From Aquificaceae bacterium (lineage in GTDB: Bacteria; Aquificota; Aquificia; Aquificales; Aquificaceae), in the NCBI GenBank assembly GCA_039630345.1, contig JBCNVD010000016.1, positions 1 through 27,778 of the forward strand: a DNA stretch of 27,778 bases. The letters run 5' to 3'. Of this stretch, positions 15,453 through 24,994 are shown piece by piece; position 1 is the stretch's first letter, and every line of letters begins with the position of its first letter. The notes below the pieces were generated by a model. That model was not told the origin of the DNA. It made no database searches and saw only the letters and a program-made list of their open reading frames with translations. The position numbers and the translations under genes were made by a program.

Positions 15453-17002
15453 GCTTTAAAGGCATAAGCAAAAAGACATGGGTTCTTGGGCAAAATCCTG
15501 TCTCAAGAGAGCTTGAGCTCAAATTTGGACCTGTGGCTGCGAAAGTTCTGGCAAATAGAAATGTTAATGCGGAGTATATCCTTGAGGGTTTTTCTCTTAT
15601 CTTAAGAGCTGGAGAGGTATTTAAAGTCGAGCAGGCGGTTGAAGAAATTGCAAAAGCTGTGATTAGTAAAGAGAGAATAGTAATTTTTGCAGACGGGGAT
15701 GTCGATGGAATAACGGGCTGTGTCCTTCTTTATAGCGTTTTAAAGGCTCTCGGGGGGAGAGTGAGTGTGGTTTTCTCAAGCAGAAAAAGAGGTTATGGAC
15801 TTAATTTAGAGCTACTTAGAAAGCTCGAAGCTCTTGGAAGCGTTTTAATCACTGTCGATAATGGAATTACCTCAGCTAAAGAGCTCTCTTTGACAAAAAT
15901 GAAAACAATCGTCATAGACCATCATAACCCTGCCGATAGCTTGCCAAGGGCTATAGTGCTAAGCTCTAAAGCATACGAAAATGAGGAAGTAAGGGGGCTT
16001 TCTTCTGCGGGGATGGTCTTTTACCTTTGCAGAGAACTCATAAGGAGGTTTAACTCAGAGCTTGACCTCAGGTCTTATTTGCCATTGGTTGCTTTAGGAA
16101 CTGTTGCTGATGTTATGCCTCTAAGCGCCGTCAACAGGCGCTTTGTCCTTGCCGGGATAAAGATTTTAAATAAATCTCTTGAGTTAAACATTCAGAGAGT
16201 TGGCATAGTTGAGATGATCAGGTTTTTTGGCATAGAGAAGGTTGATATGAAAGAGCTAAGCTATGGAATAATTCCCAGATTAAATGCTCCGGGAAGACTT
16301 GGAAGACCTGATATGTCCTTCAGGCTTTTGGTTTCAAAAGATATTTTTGATATAAAAAACCTTCTAAAGAAGATAGAAAACCTCAATAGATACAGAAAAT
16401 ATCTTACCCGCACAGCCCTAAAGAGTGCAATTTCGGGCCTTAGAGACGGAAATGTTTTGGTTGCCTGGATTCAAAAAGAGATGGGACCTGTTGGGGGGAT
16501 AGTTGCCTCAAGACTTGCCTCGATATTTGCAAAGCCTGCGGTTGTTTTACACGAGGACGGAGAGCTCTTAAAGGGCTCTTTCCGCGCGCCAGGAATTGAC
16601 ATCTTTTCGCTTGTTAAGGGTCTATCGGTGTATCTTGAGCGCTTTGGGGGTCACAAAAGCGCCGTTGGGTTTTCCATAAAGAGACAAAACCTCGAAGCTT
16701 TTCTTGACAGTATCGATAGCATTCTCGGGACTTTCCCACAGCAGGAATTTATAATTGACGACGAGCTTGATATGAAAATGGTTTCTAAAGAGGTTTTTAA
16801 TCAGATAAAGCCTCTGGAGCCATTTGGTGAGGGATTTCCAGAGCCCGTTTTTGTCTCAAAGCCCTATTTTGATTTAAAGCTATACTTTGAAAACGACTTT
16901 CATAGGCGATACATTCGCAGCAAAGATATAAAAGTTATTTACTCGCTTGGTAAATCTCCAGGCAGTTTTATAGTAAAGGACGTAGTGTATGGCTCTTTTT
17001 AG
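15446..17002 (+). CDS. recJ: ssDNA exonuclease RecJ (DHH/DHHA1)
   Basis: DGDVDG, ITVDNG, IDHH, LGTVADVMPL, PRLNA.GR, GS.R, FGGH..A.G and LEPFG.G.PEP.F. Confidence 0.9.
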   Translation: MLSFKGISKKTWVLGQNPVSRELELKFGPVAAKVLANRNVNAEYILEGFSLILRAGEVFKVEQAVEEIAKAVISKERIVIFADGDVDGITGCVLLYSVLKALGGRVSVVFSSRKRGYGLNLELLRKLEALGSVLITVDNGITSAKELSLTKMKTIVIDHHNPADSLPRAIVLSSKAYENEEVRGLSSAGMVFYLCRELIRRFNSELDLRSYLPLVALGTVADVMPLSAVNRRFVLAGIKILNKSLELNIQRVGIVEMIRFFGIEKVDMKELSYGIIPRLNAPGRLGRPDMSFRLLVSKDIFDIKNLLKKIENLNRYRKYLTRTALKSAISGLRDGNVLVAWIQKEMGPVGGIVASRLASIFAKPAVVLHEDGELLKGSFRAPGIDIFSLVKGLSVYLERFGGHKSAVGFSIKRQNLEAFLDSIDSILGTFPQQEFIIDDELDMKMVSKEVFNQIKPLEPFGEGFPEPVFVSKPYFDLKLYFENDFHRRYIRSKDIKVIYSLGKSPGSFIVKDVVYGSF

Positions 17003-17441
17003 AGCTCACGAGGTGGTTAATCTTTCAGCTATGGCTGGTTTTTTGTATTTTGTTCCGAGAGAGTTTTTTATACCTTTTGTTTTTGGATATTTATTTGGGA
17101 CATTTTTGCTATCTCCGGATATTGACCTTAAGCATTCAAAGCCTTCAAAAAGGTGGGGAATTTTAAGGCATATCTGGAAACCTTACAGAAAGCTGTCTCG
17201 CCATAGGGGTTCTTCTCATGTGCCATTTCTGGGAAGTTTTTTAAGAGTTAGCTACATAATGCTTTTGCTGATGATTTTTTTCTATGTTCTTAAAAGGTGG
17301 TTTTCTTTTGATTTTAGCTTGAGTCATTTACCTGACTTTTTGTATGATTGGGCTTTTTTTGCTTTTTTGGGGATATGTCTGTCAGAGCTTATGCATGTAG
17401 CGCTGGATTTGCTATGGAGCTCTTTGAGGAAAATCTTTTAA
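16989..17441 (+). CDS. DUF2227-family putative metal-binding membrane protein
   Basis: LSPDID...S....RWG....IW.PY.....HRG.SH.P..G...R..Y and a C-terminal H...D. AAGGA SD upstream. Confidence 0.8.
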   Translation: MALFRAHEVVNLSAMAGFLYFVPREFFIPFVFGYLFGTFLLSPDIDLKHSKPSKRWGILRHIWKPYRKLSRHRGSSHVPFLGSFLRVSYIMLLLMIFFYVLKRWFSFDFSLSHLPDFLYDWAFFAFLGICLSELMHVALDLLWSSLRKIF

Positions 17442-18118
17442 ATGCGCGAAAGCGCGCTCTAATTGAAAAAATAAAAAAAATCCTTGAGAGGATAGAAAGA
17501 GCCTGTCAGGATGCAGGGAGAGATCCATCGTCGGTTAAACTCCTTGGTGCAAGTAAAGGGGTGCCTGCGGAGGTTCTAAAGCTCTCAATTCAGGCGGGGC
17601 TTTCACTCTTTGGCGAAAGCAGGGTGCAGGAGTTTTTACCAAAGTATGACCATCTTAAAGACTCTGGAGCGACATGGCATTTTATAGGAAAGTTGCAAAG
17701 CAACAAGGTTAAGTATATTCTTGGCAAGGTAGAGCTGATTCATTCGCTTGATAGGGTTAGTCTTCTTGAAGAGCTCTCAAAGAGGGCTGTGAAGCTCAAT
17801 TTTCTTCAGCCTGCCCTGATAGAGGTTAACTTCACATCAAATCCAGAAAGGGGCGGGGTGTCTCCAGAGGGGTTAAAGGACTTTGCCAAGCTCTGCCTTG
17901 AATTTCCGGGGGTTGAGATAAGGGGTCTTATGTGCATAGCGCCGGTTGGTGAAAGCCCTGGGGATTACTTTCGCGCCCTTAGAAACTTAAGAGACGATTT
18001 AGAGCAATCGCTTGGGATAGCCCTTAAAGAGCTATCTATGGGTATGTCCGGGGATTTTGAATATGCAGTCAAAGAAGGCTCAACCATTGTCAGGATAGGG
18101 AGCCTTCTGTTTAATTAG
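17414..18118 (+). CDS. yggS: YggS/PLPBP pyridoxal phosphate homeostasis protein
   Basis: LLGASK, FGESRVQE, WHFIG.LQSNK, GLMCI, LSMGMSGDF and GST.VRIGS. Start at MELFEE (17414) is more plausible than 17348. Confidence 0.93.
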   Translation: MELFEENLLNARKRALIEKIKKILERIERACQDAGRDPSSVKLLGASKGVPAEVLKLSIQAGLSLFGESRVQEFLPKYDHLKDSGATWHFIGKLQSNKVKYILGKVELIHSLDRVSLLEELSKRAVKLNFLQPALIEVNFTSNPERGGVSPEGLKDFAKLCLEFPGVEIRGLMCIAPVGESPGDYFRALRNLRDDLEQSLGIALKELSMGMSGDFEYAVKEGSTIVRIGSLLFN

Positions 18119-18835
18119 CCCTGCTATTGAGAGCTCTGAGAGGATTGCGCCAAGGAGCTCGTGCCTCAAAGCTGGCACATTTTCAAAGCCTTTTGCGCGG
18201 ATAATAACTATTAGCTCAAGAGTGCCCTCACGAAAGGATATGAATCTAACTTTTGGGACAAAGTCAGGCGCTGCATTTGGGGAATTTTCCTGAATATGCT
18301 TGGCAATTTTTGTAATTATTTGCTCTATCTTAGAGAAGTTTTCTGTTGCTATGAGGTTTAGGTTTATGCTCAAATTTATCTCTTCCTGAGGTAGAGAGTA
18401 GTTTGTGATTATTGATGTGGTGATTTTGGAGTTTGGGACTATTATCAGGTTGTTGTTTGGTTGCAGGATTGTCGTGTTTCGCCAGCTAATGTCCTGAACC
18501 TTGCCCTCTTCTCCGCTCTGGAGCTTTATGTAGTCGCCTTTTCTTATCTGGCCGGTTGCAAGGATGTGAAATCCCGCAAAGAGGTTTTCGAGGCTATCGC
18601 GAAGCGCCAAAGCAACCGCAAGACCGCCAACGCCAAGGGCTGTCAGCATAGGCGTTATGGCAACGCCCAGCTTATCAAGCGAAGCAAGAGCCCCAAGGAT
18701 TATAACCAGCCCTTTAGAGCTCTGAATTATAACCCTTGGCGCGCCGGTGCTCTTTAGCCTCTTATCGATAAGCCACGCTATTGCCAGCGAGAATAAGACT
18801 ATAAGAGCTGCTAAGAGAGTATCCTGGTAATTCAA
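18080..18835 (-). CDS. MscS-family small-conductance mechanosensitive channel
   Basis: LGVGGLAVALAL.D.L.N.FAG, GDYI, G.V.DI..R.T and VPNS. TTG start overlaps the dxs stop. Confidence 0.9.
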   Translation of the reverse strand: MNYQDTLLAALIVLFSLAIAWLIDKRLKSTGAPRVIIQSSKGLVIILGALASLDKLGVAITPMLTALGVGGLAVALALRDSLENLFAGFHILATGQIRKGDYIKLQSGEEGKVQDISWRNTTILQPNNNLIIVPNSKITTSIITNYSLPQEEINLSINLNLIATENFSKIEQIITKIAKHIQENSPNAAPDFVPKVRFISFREGTLELIVIIRAKGFENVPALRHELLGAILSELSIAGLIKQKAPYPDNG

Positions 18836-20700
18836 GAAACTCTAAGGAGCTGTATTATTCGTCTCTTAATGGCTTCGGAGTTTATCTCGCAGAGCTCTCT
18901 TAGAAGACTTTGAGGTCCGTGCTCTATGAACTTATCAGGCACCCCAAGTCTTATGACCCTTGAGCTATAACCTTTATCAAAAGCCCACTCCAGCACTGCG
19001 CTACCAAATCCGCCAGCCAAGACATTATCTTCAACTGTCAAAATAGTGTCAAAGCTTTCAAAAATGTTTTTTAAGATCTCTTCGTCCATAGGCTTTATAA
19101 ACCTTGCGTTAACGACGCAGATGCTTATTCCGCTCTTTTCAAGCTCCTGACATGCCTTCAGGGCTTCATAAACTGGATATCCGGTTGCTAAAATGGCAAT
19201 GTCTTGCCCCTCTTTCAAAATTTGCCAGCTTCCTAAAGGAATGTAGTTAAAGCCCTCTACCGGAACTCCTATTGCGGGTCCTCTTGGATATCTGATAGCT
19301 ACCGGAGCTCTATACTGTATGGCGCTATAGAGAAGGTCTCTAAGCTCTTGCTCATCTTTAGGAGCGCAGACTATCATGTTTGGAATGCATCTAAGGTAAG
19401 AGATGTCAAAAACGCCGTGATGCGTAGGACCATCCTCGCCAACCAGCCCTGCCCTGTCTATTGCAAAAATTACAGGCAGTTTTTGAAGTGCAACGTCGTG
19501 AATGAGTTGGTCGTAGGCTCTTTGTAAAAATGTAGAGTAATAACACGCAAATGGTATCATGCCTGATAGCGCAAGACCGCCTGCAAAGGTGCAAGCATGC
19601 TGTTCAGCTATTCCAACATCAAAGAATCTATCGGGGAATGCTTTACTAAATTCCACAAGTCCTGAGCCTTCTTTCATAGCTGGGGTTATTACAACTATTT
19701 TTTCGTTTGCTTTTGCAAGCTCTACCAGAGCTTTGCCAGCTACACTCGTCCATGTAGGTGGCGTTGGCTTTTTGATAAACTGACCTGATTCGATTTTATA
19801 TGGTGCAACTCCGTGCCATGTCACCGGGTCTTTTTCAGCGTGATGATAGCCTTTGCCTTTTTTTGTATAAACATGGAGCAAGATAGGACCTTTTATGTGC
19901 TTGCAGTTACTTAAGGTCTTTTCAAGCGCAAGAATGTCATGCCCATTAACAGGTCCTATGTATGTAAAGCCAAGCTCTTCAAACAAAATCCCCGGGGATA
20001 TAAGACCTTTTGCAAACTCTTCTGTGAGCTTTGCTACTCTGGCTGCTGGATTTCCAAGTTTTTGTAAAAGAGAGTAAGTTTTTGACCTTAAATCTTGCAG
20101 GGACTTGCCAGTAAGGATTTTGCTAAGGTATGTTGAGATCGCCCCGACATTTGGCGAGATTGACATCTCGTTGTCGTTTAGGATAACAATGAATCTATCT
20201 GGTTTTATGGCTCCTGCGTTATTTAGAGCTTCAAACGCCATCCCTGCGGTCATAGCCCCATCGCCAATTACCGCTATCACAAACCTGTCTTTTTTGCTAA
20301 GGTCAAAACCGACTCTATATCCAAGGGCTGCACTTATGCTTGTTGAGCTATGACCTGCACCAAAGGCGTCAAACGGACTCTCTTCAAGCCTTAAAAATCC
20401 AGAGACTCCCCCATGCTGTCTTAAGGTGGAAAAAGCCTCCTTTCTATCTGTTAGAATCTTCCATGGATATGCCTGATGACCTATATCCCAGACTATTACA
20501 TCCTCAGGGGGATTAAAAATTCTCAGCAAAGCGATTGTAAGCTCAACTACCCCAAGCCCCGGGGCGACATGTCCGCCGTTTCTGGCAGTTACCTCAAGAA
20601 TATATTCTCTAACCTCGCTTGCGAGGGTATTTAGCTCTTCGCTACTTAACTGGTGAAGAGTTTCTATGCCCTTATAGAGCTCTAATAACTTTCTTTCCAT
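18832..20700 (-). CDS. dxs: 1-deoxy-D-xylulose-5-phosphate synthase
   Basis: GGH.APGLG, WDIGHQAY, GHSSTSIS, GDGAMTAG, LNDN, GIAEQHA, DRAGLVGEDGPTHHG and IRYPRG. Confidence 0.98.
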   Translation of the reverse strand: MERKLLELYKGIETLHQLSSEELNTLASEVREYILEVTARNGGHVAPGLGVVELTIALLRIFNPPEDVIVWDIGHQAYPWKILTDRKEAFSTLRQHGGVSGFLRLEESPFDAFGAGHSSTSISAALGYRVGFDLSKKDRFVIAVIGDGAMTAGMAFEALNNAGAIKPDRFIVILNDNEMSISPNVGAISTYLSKILTGKSLQDLRSKTYSLLQKLGNPAARVAKLTEEFAKGLISPGILFEELGFTYIGPVNGHDILALEKTLSNCKHIKGPILLHVYTKKGKGYHHAEKDPVTWHGVAPYKIESGQFIKKPTPPTWTSVAGKALVELAKANEKIVVITPAMKEGSGLVEFSKAFPDRFFDVGIAEQHACTFAGGLALSGMIPFACYYSTFLQRAYDQLIHDVALQKLPVIFAIDRAGLVGEDGPTHHGVFDISYLRCIPNMIVCAPKDEQELRDLLYSAIQYRAPVAIRYPRGPAIGVPVEGFNYIPLGSWQILKEGQDIAILATGYPVYEALKACQELEKSGISICVVNARFIKPMDEEILKNIFESFDTILTVEDNVLAGGFGSAVLEWAFDKGYSSRVIRLGVPDKFIEHGPQSLLRELCEINSEAIKRRIIQLLRVS

Positions 20701-20707
20701 GTTGAGA

Positions 20708-20735
20708 AAGTTAAGCTTTTAATATCGCAAGACAA
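20708..20735 (-). promoter_or_regulatory. Putative leaderless dxs promoter
   Basis: TTGTCT (20735-20730), 16 nt spacer, TAACTT (20713-20708), then 7 nt to ATG. No SD. Confidence 0.45.
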
Positions 20736-20762
20736 CCACTCCCGCCTGAATCTAAAGATGGT

Positions 20763-21218
20763 TTATAATTTTAATTTTCCACTTTTTAGCTCTCTTGATA
20801 GCTCACGCTCTAGGTCTTTTTTCCTTATCTCTTCTCTTCTGTCTTTTGTGGTTTTTCCTCTAACTAGCGCTATTTTTACCTTCACAAGACCTTTTTTAAA
20901 GTAGAGCTCTAGAGGTATTATGCTATAGCCCTTTTGCTGGACCTTTGACGAAAGCCTAGTTATTTCGCTTTTATGAAGCAAGAGCTTTCTATCTCTTAAG
21001 GGCTCTGGTTTTACTATCGTGGCTTTGGAATAGGGGGAGATATAGAGGTTATAAAGCCAGGCTTCAGAGCCCTTGATTTTTACAAAGCTGTCCTTAAAAG
21101 ACACAGACTGGCGGTTTCTCAAAGACTTTACCTCAGAGCCAAGAAGGCTAATGCCTGCCTCGAGGGTTTCTATGATCTCATATTCCGCCCTTGCCTGGCG
21201 ATTTAGGGCTATAAGCAT
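20763..21218 (-). CDS. smpB: SsrA-binding protein SmpB
   Basis: NR.A..EY.I....EAGI.L.GSEVKSLR, R.RKLLLHK.EI, PL.LYFK.G.VKV.IAL..GK and D.RE. Confidence 0.96.
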   Translation of the reverse strand: MLIALNRQARAEYEIIETLEAGISLLGSEVKSLRNRQSVSFKDSFVKIKGSEAWLYNLYISPYSKATIVKPEPLRDRKLLLHKSEITRLSSKVQQKGYSIIPLELYFKKGLVKVKIALVRGKTTKDRREEIRKKDLERELSRELKSGKLKL

Positions 21219-21716
21219 TTAGTTCAAGAGTGCAAGAATTTGATGTCTCATCACATGTGCAGGCACATAATCAGGAGCAAACTTAAGAGCCTGGTTAATT
21301 TCCGCCAGGGCATCATAAAGCATCCCCTTTGCCATATAAATCTTTGCAAGGTTGATGTGAGGATAGTGCCTTGGTTCATACCTGGGTGCTACTGTAGCTC
21401 TCTTTAGCCACGGTATTGCCTCATCCAGCTTGCCAAGCGCAATCAAATACGAACCTATGTCGTTATAAGGATTTCCGAAATTTGGATCAATCGCTATGGC
21501 TTTCATGCAGAGCTCTATTGCCTTTTCGTGCTCTCCCATCATGCTATAAGCCCAGCCCATATACGTGTATGCGTCGGCGCTTGGCTGGATCTCTATGGAC
21601 TTGGCATATAGCTCTATGGCTTTTTTGAAGTCTCCTTTCATATGATACTCAAGCGCCTTTTCAATAAGCTCTCTCGCATCAGGTCTCAGGTGATTCATGG
21701 GATTTAATATATCCAC
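21219..21716 (-). CDS. TPR protein
   Basis: Four TPR-like repeats, including IDP.FGNPYNDIG.YL and RYEPRHYPH.NL. Start is GTG 21716 or ATG 21698. Confidence 0.85.
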   Translation of the reverse strand: MDILNPMNHLRPDARELIEKALEYHMKGDFKKAIELYAKSIEIQPSADAYTYMGWAYSMMGEHEKAIELCMKAIAIDPNFGNPYNDIGSYLIALGKLDEAIPWLKRATVAPRYEPRHYPHINLAKIYMAKGMLYDALAEINQALKFAPDYVPAHVMRHQILALLN

Positions 21717-21745
21717 TTTAAAAAACCTGACAAGTATGATTTAGA

Positions 21746-22513
21746 TTACTCCCACGGGCTTTCACGCACTGAAAGACTCTCGGGTATCCTGACATGCCTG
21801 CCAGATAGCAAACACAGTTGCATTGCATTCAAAACCGCGCTTGCGCGCGAAAAATTTAAAAAAAACACCGCCTTTTTACCTCCCCTTACATCAATAATTC
21901 TTCTATGGAGCTTTTTAAGCTCTTCTATAGAGTAGAGATAATCATACAGCTCTTTGCCAAAGGCTCTTACATATAAAATCTCCCCATCAAGCCATGGACC
22001 TAATAAAAAATCCCCCCTCTTAGGACCGTCAGTGCTCACTATGCCAAAGCCCATCTCGCTTGCCAGATTGAAAAATTCTGCCTTTCTAAAGCTCTTGTGT
22101 CTTAATTGCAACACTTTTGGAAAACTCTCAAAGTCTTTTGAGATTTTCTGGATTATCTTTATAGAGTCCTGATTAAAGCCAAGCCCCACAGGAAGTTCAA
22201 AAACTAAGCAAATGAGTCTATCCTGCTCAAGCATTGGCTCAAGAGAGTATAAAAATCCAGAGAGCTCTCTCTTTGAATAACTTCCGATAAAGCCTCTATA
22301 GGCAACTACGCCAAAATGCACCCCCTTGGCTCTTTTGATAAAGCTCTCTACTTTAGCCCTTGATAGTATCCTGTGGCGGGTTATTCCTATCTCAAGTGCA
22401 TTAAAGTGCTTTGCGTAAAAGCTCAGGAAATCCTCTGCTTTTAGGTGTTTTGGGTAAAACCTCCCTATCCAGCTTCTATAGAAGTATCCACTGCAGCCTA
22501 TATATAAGCTCAA
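21746..22513 (-). CDS. DUF72 (YecE-like) TIM-barrel protein, divergent
   Basis: IGCSG..Y..W.G.FYP, L.FYA..F..LEI, RH.S and YDYLYS.EEL. TTG start overlaps the atpA stop. Confidence 0.8.
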   Translation of the reverse strand: MSLYIGCSGYFYRSWIGRFYPKHLKAEDFLSFYAKHFNALEIGITRHRILSRAKVESFIKRAKGVHFGVVAYRGFIGSYSKRELSGFLYSLEPMLEQDRLICLVFELPVGLGFNQDSIKIIQKISKDFESFPKVLQLRHKSFRKAEFFNLASEMGFGIVSTDGPKRGDFLLGPWLDGEILYVRAFGKELYDYLYSIEELKKLHRRIIDVRGGKKAVFFLNFSRASAVLNAMQLCLLSGRHVRIPESLSVRESPWE

Positions 22514-24018
22514 GCAATAAACTTGGCGCGAAAGTCCTTTATGGCTTTGTGGATTTCTTCTCTCAAACTATCGTCAAGAGCTTTCTTTTCCCGAATTTTC
22601 TCAAGGAGCTCTTTTCTTTCGCTATCTAAGAATGTATAGAGCTCTTTTTCAAACTTTCTAACAGAGCTTACAGGTATATCATCAAGGTATCCATTAGTGC
22701 CTGCAAATATCGCAACAATTTGCTTCTCTATAGGAATGGGGCTATAAGGCTCTTGCTTTAGGAGCTCAACCAGCCTTAAACCTCTGTTTATCGTCTCCTG
22801 AGTGGTTTTATCAAGTTCTGACGCAAACTGCACGAAAGCCTCTAGCTCTCTAAATTGCGCAAGCTCAAGTCTTAAAGTCCCAGCTACTTGCTTGGTTGCC
22901 TTTATCTGGGCCGCGCCTCCTACTCTTGAGACTGATAGTCCAACGTTTATAGCAGGTCTTATGCCTTTATTAAAGAGGTCGGCTTCGAGGTATATCTGAC
23001 CATCCGTTATGGATATAACATTTGTAGGAATATAAGCGGCGACATCACCTGCTTTTGTCTCGACTATCGGCAGGGCCGTTAAGGAACCTGCCCCAAGCTC
23101 GTCGTTTAGCTTTGCAGCCCTTTCAAGAAGTCTTGAATGCAGATAAAAAACATCCCCGGGAAATGCCTCGCGACCGGGAGGTCTTCTCATCAAAAGAGAT
23201 AGCTGTCTATAGGCTTCTGCGTGTTTTGAAAGGTCGTCGTAGATTATAAGAGCGTGCATGCCGTTGTCTCTGAAGTATTCGCCTATGGTGCAGCCGACAA
23301 ACGGCGCAAGATACTGAAGTGAAGCCGCATCAGTTGCAGATGCGACCACAACGCATGTATATTCCATTGCCCCTTCTCTTTCAAGGAGCTCTATTATCCT
23401 TGCCGTGGTTGAACGCTTTTGGCCTATTGCGACATATATGCAATAAACATCGGAATCTTTTTGATTGAGGATTGTATCTATTGCTATGGTTGTTTTTCCA
23501 GTTGCTCTATCGCCTATAATTAGCTCTCTCTGACCTCTGCCTATTGGAATCATGGTATCTATTGCTTTTATACCGGTTTGCAAAGGCTCATGGACTGACT
23601 TTCTTTTAACAACTCCGGGGGCAATTTTTTCAATGGGTGAGCGATACTCATATTCAACAGGACCTTTTCCATCCAGAGGATTTCCAAGTGGGTCAATGAC
23701 TCGCCCTAAAAGCCCCTTTCCAACAGGTGCATCCAGAATCCTGCCAGTTCTTTTAACGATCGAGCCCTCTTTTATAGAGCTCTCCTCACCAAGGAGGATA
23801 ATACCAACATTGTCTTCTTCCAAATTAAAGGCAAGTCCCATAGTCCCGCCTTCGAACTCAAGGAGCTCGTTCATCATAACCTTTTCAAGACCAAACGCTC
23901 TCGCGACAGAGTCACCGACATAGTAAACGACGCCAACTTCCTGCATGCGCGCGTCCGCGCTGAGGTCTTTGATGTATTTTCTTGCAAGCTCCAAAGCCTC
24001 TTCGTAGTTAAGACCCAT
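22510..24018 (-). CDS. atpA: F1F0 ATP synthase subunit alpha
   Basis: [17 protein letters not shown] (Walker A), [32 protein letters not shown] and [22 protein letters not shown]. Confidence 0.98.
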   Translation of the reverse strand: MGLNYEEALELARKYIKDLSADARMQEVGVVYYVGDSVARAFGLEKVMMNELLEFEGGTMGLAFNLEEDNVGIILLGEESSIKEGSIVKRTGRILDAPVGKGLLGRVIDPLGNPLDGKGPVEYEYRSPIEKIAPGVVKRKSVHEPLQTGIKAIDTMIPIGRGQRELIIGDRATGKTTIAIDTILNQKDSDVYCIYVAIGQKRSTTARIIELLEREGAMEYTCVVVASATDAASLQYLAPFVGCTIGEYFRDNGMHALIIYDDLSKHAEAYRQLSLLMRRPPGREAFPGDVFYLHSRLLERAAKLNDELGAGSLTALPIVETKAGDVAAYIPTNVISITDGQIYLEADLFNKGIRPAINVGLSVSRVGGAAQIKATKQVAGTLRLELAQFRELEAFVQFASELDKTTQETINRGLRLVELLKQEPYSPIPIEKQIVAIFAGTNGYLDDIPVSSVRKFEKELYTFLDSERKELLEKIREKKALDDSLREEIHKAIKDFRAKFIA

Positions 24019-24021
24019 CTG

Positions 24022-24336
24022 CTAACCTCCCTTCTGGATTATACAATAAATGCTATCTTCCATAACCTGCCAAAGCTTATTAAAGCTCTCTATCTCAAAA
24101 AAGCCTGATAAACTCACCACTGCAAGGCGATTTTGTAAATTTAAATAAGATGGGTATTCAAAGCCCGTTAAAACGAGCGTTGGGGTTTGAGGCATTAAAT
24201 ACTCTTCCGGGTTTCTGGATGGGTGCTCTATGTAACTAATAAGCGGTATGATGCCAGTTTTTTTCCTAACTTCAACAGCGCAAGCAAGCGCAAGACGCTT
24301 GGAAACTTTTAGAAAAACCATCGTAAGACTACCCAT
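24022..24336 (-). CDS. Hypothetical protein
   Basis: 104-aa ORF filling the ruvX-atpA gap on the same strand. Its 3' end carries the atpA SD. Confidence 0.65.
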   Translation of the reverse strand: MGSLTMVFLKVSKRLALACAVEVRKKTGIIPLISYIEHPSRNPEEYLMPQTPTLVLTGFEYPSYLNLQNRLAVVSLSGFFEIESFNKLWQVMEDSIYCIIQKGG

Positions 24337-24356
24337 CTTAAACTTTAAAGCGTCAG

Positions 24357-24370
24357 AGTATTTAAATACT
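24357..24370. repeat. Perfect 14-bp AT-rich palindrome
   Basis: AGTATTTAAATACT equals its own reverse complement and lies in the intergenic gap upstream of the hypothetical gene and atpA. Confidence 0.6.
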
Positions 24371-24787
24371 TTAAGTTATGTTATTCTTGGCTAGAGAGCT
24401 CTGATACTCTCTCAATATAATCAATGCGCTTACGCTGTCTTTTATCTTTTGCGCTTTTGTTTTTGGTAAATCTTTTAACATCTCCATGGCTTCTATGGTT
24501 GAATATCGCTCGTCAAACATCTCTATTAATGGTTTAGAGGTGTAAATTTTTCTTAAGTAGTTAACCAGCCTTATAACTTTTCTTGCCCTTTGACCTACCT
24601 TTCCTGACTTTGTAAGTGGAAAACCAAAGAGCAAGATGTCCGGGTCATAAGTCTCAATGAGTTGATTTATTGTAGGTATAATTACCCCAGTGCTTATCGG
24701 GGGCAGAACTGAATCCACCCCCAGTTTTGAGTTTGATAAGGCAACGCCGCAGGTCTTGGTGCCATAATCTATGGCGATTATTTTCAA
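24371..24787 (-). CDS. ruvX: YqgF/RuvX RNase H-fold nuclease
   Basis: IAIDYG.K..GVA.S, G.PL...G, DERYST.EA and D.VSA.IIL..Y. TTG start overlaps the upstream stop. Confidence 0.9.
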   Translation of the reverse strand: MKIIAIDYGTKTCGVALSNSKLGVDSVLPPISTGVIIPTINQLIETYDPDILLFGFPLTKSGKVGQRARKVIRLVNYLRKIYTSKPLIEMFDERYSTIEAMEMLKDLPKTKAQKIKDSVSALIILREYQSSLAKNNIT

Positions 24788-24969
24788 CCAGTTTTAAAGC
24801 CAACTACCTTATAAAGAGGACAGAATCCCAGTGCAGAAGTTGCTATAAAAACAAGCCCTACAGCACCAAGAGCAAGAAAAATTCCGCCTTTGGTGGCTGC
24901 AAGATAAATAAATATCGCCGCAAGCAATATTCTTCCTGCTCTGTCCCATATTGCCATATTCTTCTCCAT
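24784..24969 (-). CDS. DUF2892 (YgaP-like) small membrane protein
   Basis: M.KN....DR..R, two TMs and G.CPLY...G..T. AGGAGGT SD. Confidence 0.88.
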   Translation of the reverse strand: MEKNMAIWDRAGRILLAAIFIYLAATKGGIFLALGAVGLVFIATSALGFCPLYKVVGFKTG

Positions 24970-24994
24970 TTTAAGACCTCCTAATTGAAGTATA

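Noticed and set aside
18080..18118. Tail-to-tail overlaps of yggS/mscS (39 nt) and SDR/TIGR01906 (13361-13375)
   Set aside because: Short convergent overlaps are ordinary in compact genomes; nothing indicates an antisense function.
20701..21218. tmRNA gene or integrated island beside smpB
   Set aside because: The flanking spacers are 62 bp or less, and there is no ssrA-like sequence, integrase or att duplication.
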